A stretch of DNA of 64,000 bases from Paraphysomonas bandaiensis (GCA_965644295.1 CBFFRP010000288.1:186001-250000); one strand, 5' to 3'. Positions 14,462-26,642 are shown, counted from the first letter of the stretch. Made by a program: numbers and translations. The notes: generated by a model from the sequence alone, not told the origin.

Positions 14462-15065
14462 GAGAGACCATAGAGTATAAAATGTCCAATAGTTGGTTAT
14501 CTGGCTATTACATTATCTGCTGTCTATGTTTGCGGCTCACGTTAGCTTTCCGAAGAAATCTCTCCGGTACTTATCCCCAAAACACCACGAAAATGTGCAA
14601 GTCCGTATTTGTTGAGTGTGTAGCAATATCACTCTTGCCCATACGTAAGACCCCTTAAAAAAGTATTGATGGGAAGTGGGAAGCTGGCTTACAATTCTAT
14701 TACAGAATATTGTTTCCCAGTCTTTATATACGACAACTAATACAAGAAAAACTATAACTCCTAAGAGTTATGGTTTTTGCTGCTATACAGTTTCAGTTTT
14801 TGATAGGGATGTGATTTGGTTATGACATGCAGATATGCAGCAACAGTCCCCACAGGGCAACCCAGTTGAGCTACTAGACTGTCTTTATAAATTTGATATG
14901 AATCATATCTAACTACATTGGCTGTCAACGATTAAATGGTGAGACAGTTTCTTCGTTATGAAAAAAAAGTGAATCCAAATCTAGGAGTAATATAATGTAT
15001 TGTAATGTATGCGGTCGATATTACTTTCGTTACAATATATTCAGCAACATTTAGATAATAAAGTT

Positions 15066-15432
15066 TTACTTATTCTCAACATTCTCCGCATGTGCCTTCT
15101 TAAATGCTTCTTGTTTTGCACTATCGGCTTCAGTCTGATGCATCCTCTTCCAATCCTAGTTATGAATATGACCTATAGGGATATGTATGTATGTATTACT
15201 CTACCTCAAATGGCATTCCATAAAACATCTCACGTCCTTGATCTTTTGTCATATCAATACCTCGTTCATTAGCAGCCTCTTGATACCATCTAGATAAACA
15301 GTTACGGCAAAAGCCAGATAGATTCATTAAGTCGATGTTCTGGACATCAGGACGTTTCTCAAGAAGATGTTGACGAAGTTTTCTAAATGCTGCTGCTTCT
15401 AATTCAATTTGTGTTTGAGGGTCGATGTTCAT
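15066..15432 (-). CDS. DUF1244-family protein (alphaproteobacterial-like), 105 aa, 2 exons
   Basis: ELEAAAFRKL...DVQNIDLMNLSGFCRNCLSRWY signature. A 49-nt intron at 15156-15204 restores the C-terminus DWKRMHQTEADSAKQEAFKKAHAENVENK*. Confidence 0.9.
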
Positions 15433-15864
15433 GATGGGTATATGTATGTATCTATATATATATATGTATGTATGCTGTGATGGTGTATGTATGGGACTGT
15501 CTGTCTATTGATGCAGCATATAGTAGCAACAAGAAGAAGCATGAGCAACTTCAGACTTCTTGACCACTGCGTAAAACTTCATAGTCGTAATATCGAATGA
15601 TCTGCTGTAGAATACGGAATACAGCAAAAGGTGTATCCATCTATATTGTAGGGAATACATCGTATGAAGTGCTACACACGCTGTACGCTGTACTACAGAC
15701 AAGAATACTACAGCTTCTAATCGAGCCCGTTGATCCCATTTACACCCATGCATAGAGACATACATACATAAACACCCATATATATATACACACTTGCTCT
15801 GACACACATCAACTTGCATTTATTGAATCTATCAGAGCTTTCCATTTGCATTGTTGTCATTAGG

Positions 15865-16368
15865 ATGACAAATCCAGCTCCATTGCGTCACATAGCTACT
15901 AAGATGTCATATGAAGATATATGTGACTGTATACAAAGTGGAAGATTAGAAAAACTTGGCAGATCAGACTCTCAAGAACTCATTTACCGCACAGAAAATC
16001 AAGCTCTACTAGCTGAATGGGTCAGTGCATCAGATTATATTCTAGCTACAAAATTTGAGTTCATGTATTACAAGAATACAGACGGTAGAAAACAAATTCA
16101 ACGACCATTCCATGTATCTGAAACTGGTAAAGTGAAGCTATTATTAAATGATTATCCATATTATTTTGAAGATAATGTTCGTCATTATATATTATGGAAA
16201 ATTAATTCGAATGTTATTGAGGATGATATAAGTGTCTCGGTGCAGGAATTGAGAACACTAATAAATATAGAAGATTATACGTATTTTATTAATCCTCCTC
16301 ACCTTATGTCTATACCTGATATAAACCATGCTCATGTAATTGTGAAATTGAACCCCGATGAATCGTAA
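15865..16368 (+). CDS. DUF3605 / GIG1-like (HIT-like) protein
   Basis: Motifs LLNDYPYYFEDNVRHYILW and FINPPHLMSIPDINHAHV. An additional 5' exon is possible. Confidence 0.75.
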   Translation: MTNPAPLRHIATKMSYEDICDCIQSGRLEKLGRSDSQELIYRTENQALLAEWVSASDYILATKFEFMYYKNTDGRKQIQRPFHVSETGKVKLLLNDYPYYFEDNVRHYILWKINSNVIEDDISVSVQELRTLINIEDYTYFINPPHLMSIPDINHAHVIVKLNPDES

Positions 16369-16975
16369 TCGTAATTATGTTACTGTGGTTATGGATTGAT
16401 CATGCTGCTCTAGTGAGTAACCTCTTACTTTCGGCTATTATCCTTCAGACGAACTGAGACTCTGATGTTACGTTATTATCGTATAATATGATTATGTCGT
16501 TGTTAAGTTGTTTAGGAAGATTGGTTAGATCGACAAATAAAAGCACACTACTGGCAACGGGTTAAGGATTGGTTTCATTGAATATAGCTATACAAATACT
16601 CCGCTGGAGTGATACTGCCTCGGCAAATATTTATCTGTGGTGATGGGTCTACATGGCTACCCAAACTACAGGATACCGTTGCTACTTAGCGCAGGGTAAT
16701 ATCAGAGCATATGTCTGTGTTGTCTTGGGTTTTGGAGGTAACATACTTGTCCCTAGTAAACTCTAAATTTATATGACGTTTCTAGTTCCTACTAAACTAA
16801 AAAGCGCCGTTCTACTAAATATTTCCAACGTTCCTCTTAAATTAAAAATGGTAGCTGAGCCTACTAAATTTGCAGACATTCCTATTAAGTCAAAAATTTT
16901 ATTCGGTTCTACTACATTTAAACACGGCTCAAATGTAGTAGAACCGAAAATAGTTTGGAAGGAACAAATGGTAAA

Positions 16976-17025
16976 ATCAGGACGTTTCTCAAGAAGATGC
17001 TGACGAAGTTTTCTAAAAGCTGCTG
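16976..17025 (-). pseudogene. 50-bp duplicated fragment of the DUF1244 coding sequence
   Basis: 48/50 identical to 15346-15395, same orientation. Confidence 0.9.
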
Positions 17026-17561
17026 ACACCGATGGCCTATGGGAGCTATCAGGGAAGAGTATATTCCCTTTCTTACCCAGCCGGAACTATTTCCATGTAT
17101 AGCCAGTATCCAAGAAAACGTGTTGGTCCTAAGTATCAAGTATCATCGGGCTTGGGAGAATATAGTACATGAACGTCTAATTATTAGCAATAGGCGTCAA
17201 GAATCATCACTTGATAAGTAGTTATATGAAGACTAGTCAAGCTAAGTCGGAAAAATTTAATTTTGGCCCTTTTTGGCCCTCGGCCCGCTAGGGCCCTCGG
17301 CCCGCATTTGGCCCTCTACTACAACTAACAATAATAACAATAATTCTTAATTAAAAACACACACAACACACACTACAACCACAAGCAACAATAACGCACA
17401 AAGCAAAGGGCAGTATTACGCACAAAGCAAAGGGTCAAATTTAGCAAGAGTTATTAATATCTTAAGCAAGAGCAACTTTATACCAAAACATTTTTCGGAG
17501 CTGGGGGCTCCCCACGCTTCGACTCTACGAGCCGGCGTCCACTGCCCCCAGGCCCCCGCCC

Positions 17562-19099
17562 CTAAACAACGCCGGGGCCGGCCCCACCGGCCCTATTCCG
17601 GCGTTTGGCGCCGGTCTGAGCCCTGCCGGCGGCAACACAGCATGTCTCAATCTCCTCGGTGAAAGCACAGTCTTCGGCTGTCACTGTAGACTCCTTGCCA
17701 CATCCAGTGTATTTCACTATCTCCTCAATTGAAATACAATCATCAGTGGGTACATCGACAACATATCCATTCTGCAGTCGGCACTGCTCGCGATAGCCAA
17801 CGATGGACCCCTCGTAAAATCCAACTCTCACCACCTCGTACATGCACCCATCCTCAGGATCATAGTGGCTCTTCCCAATCAAAAACTTGTATTGGTTGAG
17901 CTGCGCAAACTTAGTCCTTTGGACTGACCTGTCCATTTCAAATGCAGCGTAGTCCTCTGGCAATGTGAATTGCTGGAATGGCAGATGTTTCGGCCGGGAT
18001 GCATGACCCCTGAGAATTTTGTTTCGAAGTTCGACGTATTCTTGACTTAGCTTCCGAATAGTACTCACATATAACACCACGGAAGGATGCGCAGTGGGAA
18101 AAGCCTCGTTCAGCTTTCTGTTAAACCTTTCCAGTGGATTGTTGGTTCTATTAATCAAGCGGGATGTTGATGACTCGTCTGTTACAATGCCATGCACATT
18201 CCAATCATTAGGATCGGATCCAGTTACAGGCTTGCCCTCAAAGTTCCGTTTGATAGCATTCATCAGACCCTTCTCGAAATCCACTGAGCCATTGATGATC
18301 TCCATCATGAAATCTGTTGAGGCCTTACTCAAATAAAGAGCCATGGAATACACTTCTTCAAACTTCGATTGCAGCAATATATAAAATACAGGAATGTATA
18401 GGGACGAGGCGTAGTCATATATCATAATTACTAGACACTGAGAAAATCCCTTTGGCACACATTTAAAAGTACAGTCTATAAACAGATGGACCGGACCACC
18501 CTTTACAATATTGATTAAATCAGGATGTGCAAAGCCAATTATCTTCTGCATCTGATTGCTAACATTGATTGAAGTATTGAACTGTAAAAATAGTCTCTCG
18601 TCGTCATCAGCACAGTTCACAAGCGGATACGACGATATAATTCCTTCCCAATCATTGAACTCTAAACGTCTACACTGATACACCAAAGCTTTGAGTTTCG
18701 ACGTTTCGAGATATCTATATGGCATTCCTACCGAAATAAGCAAAAGAAAATGAAGTGAAAACAGCAAAAAGAAAAAAATATCAATTTTCTCACCGAGCTG
18801 CTTATATTTCGCTCGCGTTGTTTCCGCAACTTCATTTGCAATCGCAATGGAGGACTTCGAAACATCTTTCAACGCCATTGCTTCACAAAGTTGTTTCATT
18901 TCACCACTTGCGTCATATACACCTTTACAAAACGACGACCTCTCCTTGGAATTATCATCAGATGTTGGTGAATCTGAAGGCAATATAAAGATGGCGGCAC
19001 CACATTTGTGCTCCTCTTTCCCCTTTGAAATTATCAGTTTTTCATCAGATTCTTCTGCTTGCTCGTGAACAAGAATTGTCAATTTAGCTGGACAGCCAC
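17562..19099 (-). pseudogene. MULE transposase, left inverted copy (5'-truncated, internally deleted)
   Basis: Mirror image of 19167-20704. It lacks the YYRCS half of the zinc finger, which lies in the spacer on the other strand. Confidence 0.85.
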
Positions 19100-19115
19100 T
19101 GATCCATATATTTAG

Positions 19116-20704
19116 GAAATTTGAAGGGTTATTATCGGTGCTCAAAACACCGGAAAGGAAGAACATGTGGCTGTCCAGCTAAATTGACAATTCTTGTTCA
19201 CGAGCAAGCAGAAGAATCTGATGAAAAACTGATAATTTCAAAGGGGAAAGAGGAGCACAAATGTGGTGCCGCCATCTTTATATTGCCTTCAGATTCACCA
19301 ACATCTGATGATAATTCCAAGGAGAGGTCGTCGTTTTGTAAAGGTGTATATGACGCAAGTGGTGAAATGAAACAACTTTGTGAAGCAATGGCGTTGAAAG
19401 ATGTTTCGAAGTCCTCCATTGCGATTGCAAATGAAGTTGCGGAAACAACGCGAGCGAAATATAAGCAGCTCGGTGAGAAAATTGATATTTTTTTCTTTTT
19501 GCTGTTTTCACTTCATTTTCTTTTGCTTATTTCGGTAGGAATGCCATATAGATATCTCGAAACGTCGAAACTCAAAGCTTTGGTGTATCAGTGTAGACGT
19601 TTAGAGTTCAATGATTGGGAAGGAATTATATCGTCGTATCCGCTTGTGAACTGTGCTGATGACGACGAGAGACTATTTTTACAGTTCAATACTTCAATCA
19701 ATGTTAGCAATCAGATGCAGAAGATAATTGGCTTTGCACATCCTGATTTAATCAATATTGTAAAGGGTGGTCCGGTCCATCTGTTTATAGACTGTACTTT
19801 TAAATGTGTGCCAAAGGGATTTTCTCAGTGTCTAGTAATTATGATATATGACTACGCCTCGTCCCTATACATTCCTGTATTTTATATATTGCTGCAATCG
19901 AAGTTTGAAGAAGTGTATTCCATGGCTCTTTATTTGAGTAAGGCCTCAACAGATTTCATGATGGAGATCATCAATGGCTCAGTGGATTTCGAGAAGGGTC
20001 TGATGAATGCTATCAAACGGAACTTTGAGGGCAAGCCTGTAACTGGATCCGATCCTAATGATTGGAATGTGCATGGCATTGTAACAGACGAGTCATCAAC
20101 ATCCCGCTTGATTAATAGAACCAACAATCCACTGGAAAGGTTTAACAGAAAGCTGAACGAGGCTTTTCCCACTGCGCATCCTTCCGTGGTGTTATATGTG
20201 AGTACTATTCGGAAGCTAAGTCAAGAATACGTCGAACTTCGAAACAAAATTCTCAGGGGTCATGCATCCCGGCCGAAACATCTGCCATTCCAGCAATTCA
20301 CATTGCCAGAGGACTACGCTGCATTTGAAATGGACAGGTCAGTCCAAAGGACTAAGTTTGCGCAGCTCAACCAATACAAGTTTTTGATTGGGAAGAGCCA
20401 CTATGATCCTGAGGATGGGTGCATGTACGAGGTGGTGAGAGTTGGATTTTACGAGGGGTCCATCGTTGGCTATCGCGAGCAGTGCCGACTGCAGAATGGA
20501 TATGTTGTCGATGTACCCACTGATGATTGTATTTCAATTGAGGAGATAGTGAAATACACTGGATGTGGCAAGGAGTCTACAGTGACAGCCGAAGACTGTG
20601 CTTTCACCGAGGAGATTGAGACATGCTGTGTTGCCGCCGGCAGGGCTCAGACCGGCGCCAAACGCCGGAATAGGGCCGGTGGGGCCGGCCCCGGCGTTGT
20701 TTAG
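19116..20704 (+). pseudogene. MULE (Mutator) DDE transposase, right copy (no native start, CxxH region deleted)
   Basis: WRKY/FLYWCH-like finger YYRCS..CPAK..H-C; catalytic FIDCTF, VDFE, RTNNPLERFNR; IPVFYILL motif; probable in-frame 66-nt intron at 19473-19538. Confidence 0.85.
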
Positions 20705-21449
20705 GGGCGGGGGCCTGGGGGCAGTGGACGCCGGCTCGTAGAGTCGAAGCGTGGGGAGCCCCCAGCTCCGAAAAATGTTTTGGTATAAAGTTGCTCTTGC
20801 TTAAGATATTAATAACTCTTGCTAAATTTGACCCTTTGCTTTGTGCGTAATACTGCCCTTTGCTTTGTGCGTTATTGTTGCTTGTGGTTGTAGTGTGTGT
20901 TGTGTGTGTTTTTAATTAAGAATTATTGTTATTATTGTTAGTTGTAGTAGAGGGCCAAATGCGGGCCGAGGGCCCTAGCGGGCCGAGGGCCAAAAAGGGC
21001 CAAAATTAAATTTTTCCTTGTCATCGCTGAAGCGATATCGTCACAAGTCACAAGTACCAATCATTATTACCAAAAATCTTAACCACACAGAATCCTGTAA
21101 AGTCAGGATATTTAGTGTAGTAAAGCTAGTCCATTGCATACTGGTAATGTTCATATACAGTATTCTTCGAGTAACGAGGCTATAATTCAAAACTTCAAGA
21201 ATAGAGCTTATCAATAAGAAAATTTGAAAAATGTCTGTTATACACTGGCGAAAAGTTATATAAGAGATAGCTATCATCGGTAAAATTATTTCCTATCGAT
21301 CTCGTTCACAAGAATTGCAATCGATGTCATACAAATTTGACCTCTACCTTTCGCAAAATAAAAATAAAATTATTGTTACATGAAGTCACTACAATTTCGG
21401 TACAGCGTATACTTATTGATATAATTTCTTAGCAATATACTGTGTATTG

Positions 21450-23914
21450 TCAAGGTGGAGTATTCGAGTCGTATGTTTTCTCTCCGATATCTTTCGGAGA
21501 AGTACTACGGCTGTAAGTATGGTCAGCCAACAAAGTTGACCGAGATTTTAAAATAGCAAACTCATACGTGGTGTTCTCTTCATCTTCGTTATCGTCATCA
21601 CTAATATCATTCAGACTGGGAGTACGAGGTCCACTTTTTCCATCAGCGTCCATCGAAAACTCAGTTTTCTCAACACCAGAAAGAGCAAAGCTGATCTGGG
21701 AGGACGGTAGTTTAGATCCAGCTGCACTAGGAGGGGCAGATATATAAGTAGGAGGGTGCGGTTGACCGTATACCTCCAGTACAGCACGATGAAGTCTAGC
21801 AGCAATATCCCCATGACCAGCTGACATAGCAACATCTGCCGGTCGTCTTCCACGTATGTCTTGAGTCAAGAGATTGTTGGGCCGACGAGACATATGTGAC
21901 AATGAGCCAGATCGTCTCATAGGATCAACAGTCTTATATTCTTTCTCACTAGATGCATGCATTCGTTTCCACATGGAAGAGTCAGTACGTGTTTTATTGC
22001 CAGAATATTCAAGGCGCTTCTTATCCTCTTGAGCATTATGTACGTATACGACACCTTCTTTATCAATACACTTCTCTTCCATATCAATAGGAGGACAATA
22101 CTTCTCCCACAATATCTGCTCAGCTGATATCACAACTTCACACACACCACTCCAACCACCTTCGGCAGCATGATGCAACGCTGTCATGCCGTTCATATCA
22201 ACTCCCGTGTACGGCACCCCATGGTCAATTAACAGACGAACGACCAGGTCGTGGCCACACATCGCCGCCATGGCCAAAGCTTGACGACCTTCACAGTCTC
22301 TTGCAAGAGGCAAACACTCTAGTAGGGATACCGGAGAAACGTTAAAAAAATAGTCCTCCGCCACCTGTCGGTTTGTTAGTGTGTTAGAGGTCGTGGCTCC
22401 ATCTGCAGCACTTGGAAGTTGTTTTTCTACTCCAGTTGAGCAATTTAGCAGCAACTGAACGACATCTACACATCCTGATGTGCATGCTAACATAAGCGGC
22501 GTTTCTCCCTGTAATTCACTTACTGTGTCCACGCTTACAATTCGTGAAGCCTTTATATCCCCTTGCCTTCCACCATGACGGTTGGGATACTGCTTTAGAT
22601 CCAATAACATCTTCACACATGCCGCATCTCCTAAAGCACAAGCAAGCATAAGGGGAGTATATCCATCAGCCCTTCCTTTACGCCAGTTGACCATAGAGGG
22701 CAACGAGCCAGCTCCCTCCCATCCAACAAGCACAGAGCTATAACGGCGAAGAAACCGAAGCAGAAGTTTCAAACACATTGGCCCTCCAATGATAGCAGCA
22801 TGAAGTGCACACCCACCACCTAAAGCATCATGAACTCTGAGTTACTGCATACATCCACATATAAACACACATATATATACGCACCTCGTTTCCATCTCTC
22901 CTGCTGTCTCACCATTGGGCGATAACCTTTCGCGAAAAAGGATTTGTCCACAATACTAGTATGAGGGATACCGGTACATCCACTAGCCGTTCTATTACAA
23001 GGTGCATCGTGCGAGTTAGCTGTAGGTACCGCCAAACGTGTCCCAGTGCCCTGAAAACACAGGTTCCCAGCACGCTGTAGAAATACTCGAACTATTGGCA
23101 GGTTGCCAGCTACGAGAGCCATATCCAGGGCGTTGTAACCAACTTCATCCTCCCGTAGTGCCAGAGCAGAGCGGAGGAGATTTTTTCGTCCTAAAGCTTC
23201 CACTAACTCAGTAACTAGTGCTGGTGAGCCGAAGACTGCAGCATGATGTAACTCACTTCTCCTGTCTCCACGCAATGACTGCAACGAAATACACCGCGAG
23301 AGTGGGACATAACGAGCTCGCAACTTGAGAGACACAGCACCGGAAGAAGTACCTTGCGGAGATACAAGAGAGAGAATCTCCGTACACCCGTAGTACGGTT
23401 CACTACACACGGAAGGGTAATGACTTCCACTATTTCTCCAGGCATCAATATCGACATGACCTCGTACAGCCTCACTTTTTTCTTGAGAAAGTACTATACC
23501 ATGAAGACAAACAGACACCATACCAATTGTAGATGTTGAAAAAAAACCTTTTCGAAGTATTGTAAATGTAACTTTAATAGCACCATAATACTCATATATA
23601 TCAAATATAAATTCTTTGTTGAATGAGTCTCTTGAATTAGCAGGTACAGTAAACTTACGTGATGATCCATCCACAGTTACAATACATTCATATGATTGTT
23701 TAAAACTAAATCGAGTAGTAATTAAACCATATATATCAGTTATATTTATAATAAGTTTTCCTTCTTTAATATATGGATCGATGATTGGAGGTGAATGTGT
23801 GGTGGATTGATAGAACTCGGTGAGTTCATGGAGTAATTGATCTTCATTGAAAGTTAAACCGAATGTATCTAGCATTGAAGTATCAAAATCACCACTAAAA
23901 TCATTAATATCCAT
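21450..23914 (-). CDS. C2-like domain plus ankyrin-repeat protein; 2 exons
   Basis: Ankyrin motifs GYTPLMLAC, GETPLMLAC, GMTALHHAA, SELHHAA and an N-terminal C2-like beta pattern. An intron at about 22820-22884 joins the two ORFs in frame. Confidence 0.85.
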
Positions 23915-24638
23915 TGTATATATTAGTATATATGATTATATGAACCACATTACTATGTATGTATGTATATATGTATGTATGTATGAAGAGAGGGAGTTAA
24001 TTATATACTGCTGTAGTTATGCAAACATGTATTAACATATGAAGAAGTGTGTATGATATACTAGAAGAGTATATTGAAGTAATGAATGAGTGAGTGTTCC
24101 TTATATACTATCTGGTTAATATCATCTGAGTCATGTGCGTATTATCACGTGCGGACACAGTACACTGAGGTAGTATGTGTATGTCTCACCTGCACACTTC
24201 GACTTCCCAAATAGAAACATACGGCAGTATACTCAACATAACATACGATCCCAGGATCGTGATGGTCCTCCTTCTGCCTGACTTGTTATTGGAACAATTT
24301 GGTTGGTTCATTTCAAACCATTCAGGAATCGAAAGTTCTTATTGGCTACAGGTGAAAAATGAAGTATTTTCCCTGATATTTCTTAATTTATATTCATCAA
24401 GCATATATTTTTCTGATATTTCTTGAAATATAGCAACAATGTTGAGGGTTTATATGTGAATGCTTGGCATGTACAGTAGAGGCTCATATGGACTCCTTCC
24501 AAGATATGTATATACATATAAGCAACCATATCAAATCAAACTAATATCACTATTATAACACTTCATTCTTTAAACTATTGAGAGTAAGACTATCTCTCAT
24601 CCTCTTCTACTCATTACTCTATCATAACATCACGTAAC

Positions 24639-26177
24639 ATGTCCTCTACATACAAATATATCAACTCACATCTATTCATTACATGTATACTTACATATAT
24701 ACATGTATCTCTTGCATTGACATCTGATACTAATGATTACGTATCCTGGATAGTAAAGAGTGTATGTTACAATGAAAATGGTACCCTCATAAGTGATCCA
24801 TATACATGTCCTGATGGATCGAGCATGAGAAAAATATCTATTGGGGAACCACTACCATACAATAACATTGATCAAATGGGCAACCAAATCTGTGACTCAT
24901 ATCCTTTATTAGATGCTTCAGGAAACGTAATGTATATCCATACTTTTGATTACGCGCCATTCAATGTTTTCAATCAGCATAGTGGTTCAGACGGTTATGA
25001 CGTTTATGTTACATCTAAAGGCGCATTGTCAATTTCTAGCACTAAAGATGGTGGAGGTTATGGCTCGACGTTTTTTGGAGAGGGCTGTGAGGTGGGCAAT
25101 GGCTGGGCACTCTTCCCAACGTCGAACATAACTGAAAGCTCGGAGGGTTACTGGCCCATCAGCGGTCGTTACTGGGAAAGGGACGGACAGAATTGGCCAG
25201 GGGAGTGTCCGACAGGGTACTCCACCAATACTCTTACATTTTGGGAAATGGTTAGCGACTATACCTTCGGCGGAATAAATGGTAACAATGAGAAATCTAT
25301 TGACACATTGATTTCGTACCACGGGTATGAAACTGACGATGGGATTACTCCTACTCAAAACTTTTTGGACAACGGCCACCTGGAAGTCTTTTACTTCACT
25401 CAGTTGTATGGGCTTACGAGATGGGAGGTCTGGGTTCCCACTGAGTCTTCGTCTGGAAACCCATCCCCTGACTGCAACGGTCCCGGTACGGGATCATTCA
25501 AGTCACAATCGTTTGTAATAGAGAATTGTCATGACTGGTCTAATATCGTACTTCTATCCGAACCAGTGCTACCTGAATGGCCCGTAGTGAATGCTAATCT
25601 GTTGAAGCACTTCCACTTTGACTCGGGACTTTTGGATGCTGATAAAGGTCCAGGATACTGGTACCGTTTCGGCCTCAGTACAGATGGGAATTTGATAAAC
25701 TGGTCTATTATGACGTCGTCAGATGGACCAGATACCAACATGAAATATCTAGCAATGAATTGTGGAGCAGCAGAGGGGGCTCACTGTGGTGAAGCAGGAA
25801 CTCAGGCTATTTATCAGGACATTCCAATTTCGAAGTCATTTATTGAGCAACAGCAGAGTTTTTTGTATGGTGCCAATGTGCGCACTGCTGCAGGCTCTGG
25901 GTCGTTTTCAATTGTCCTCCAGGTACTAAACAATGAAGGATCTGTGCTTTGGCAAGATATGGTTACCGATAGTGTGGTTGAAGACAATGGTGACGGAAGA
26001 GGCAATGAGTCTGAGTCAGTATATTTGTCATGTAAGTTTATATTTCGGCAAACGTCAGTTACCACAATCAGTGACGAAGAATCTGTGTCCCGTTTGAGGT
26101 ACTTGCTAATTCCCAATGACGAAAATACTTTTTTCGTTGCAGATACATTTGTAAACCTCTTTCCTAAATTTAGGTGA
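24639..26177 (+). CDS. Intronless secreted 512-aa protein of unknown function (acidic, Gly/Trp/Cys-rich)
   Basis: Long ORF with a signal-peptide-like N-terminus ending VSLA. Motif HLEVFYFTQLYGLTRWEVW. Confidence 0.75.
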   Translation: MSSTYKYINSHLFITCILTYIHVSLALTSDTNDYVSWIVKSVCYNENGTLISDPYTCPDGSSMRKISIGEPLPYNNIDQMGNQICDSYPLLDASGNVMYIHTFDYAPFNVFNQHSGSDGYDVYVTSKGALSISSTKDGGGYGSTFFGEGCEVGNGWALFPTSNITESSEGYWPISGRYWERDGQNWPGECPTGYSTNTLTFWEMVSDYTFGGINGNNEKSIDTLISYHGYETDDGITPTQNFLDNGHLEVFYFTQLYGLTRWEVWVPTESSSGNPSPDCNGPGTGSFKSQSFVIENCHDWSNIVLLSEPVLPEWPVVNANLLKHFHFDSGLLDADKGPGYWYRFGLSTDGNLINWSIMTSSDGPDTNMKYLAMNCGAAEGAHCGEAGTQAIYQDIPISKSFIEQQQSFLYGANVRTAAGSGSFSIVLQVLNNEGSVLWQDMVTDSVVEDNGDGRGNESESVYLSCKFIFRQTSVTTISDEESVSRLRYLLIPNDENTFFVADTFVNLFPKFR

Positions 26178-26642
26178 TAAGAATGTGGTTATGTCAAAAC
26201 TGCTTCCAAATGTCGCTTGTTTGTTATATAAGTATATCTTGTATTGGTATTTGTCTACTCGTGGAGTTGTAATTGGTGACGTAGTTATTATTGTCATTAC
26301 AATATTTTTAGGTGTCAGTTCTTAAATCTAATATGCAGATCAATTAGAGCAAGATACAGCTTGGGCTGTGTTGCCTTTACTCGACTTAAATAGAATTCCA
26401 TGATCACATAGAGTGTTTGAATTACAATTGGAAGGGCAAGTATTGGTTATATGTTATATATGGTGGTGGTACTGTGGTACTAGGTGAGTTGCGCTCTGAC
26501 TTTAGAGTAGGCTTGCTTTGGATATTTACTAACTGTTAAAACATGGGTTATACTGTTTTTTTAAGGCATAGTACTTGCATAGCAAGGTTGTGATGTTTTA
26601 GTAATGTGATTTTTATTTTTACAAAGGATATAGAATAGCTAC

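Larger units (their letters stand above)
17249..21017. mobile_element. Fold-back (palindromic) Mutator-like element derivative: arms 17249-19099 and 19167-21017, 67-bp spacer
   Basis: The arms are 1851-bp reverse complements, with identical translations and identical non-coding ends where compared. Termini GGAAAAATTTAATTTTGGCCC with GGCCC-rich subterminal repeats. No TSD. Confidence 0.92.

Noticed and set aside
14747-14778. 13-bp stem hairpin as a Helitron end or terminator
   Set aside because: No correctly spaced CTRR end and no second copy seen.
19100-19166. Apparent N-terminus MFFLSGVLST... of the minus-strand 534-aa ORF
   Set aside because: Antisense read of the spacer, which is coding on the plus strand.
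19473-19538. Transmembrane segment in the MULE transposase
   Set aside because: It is a T-rich, in-frame 66-nt GT-AG intron read through by the ORF finder.
17240-21026. 9-bp MULE target-site duplication
   Set aside because: The flanks AGCTAAGTC and TTGTCATCG do not match.
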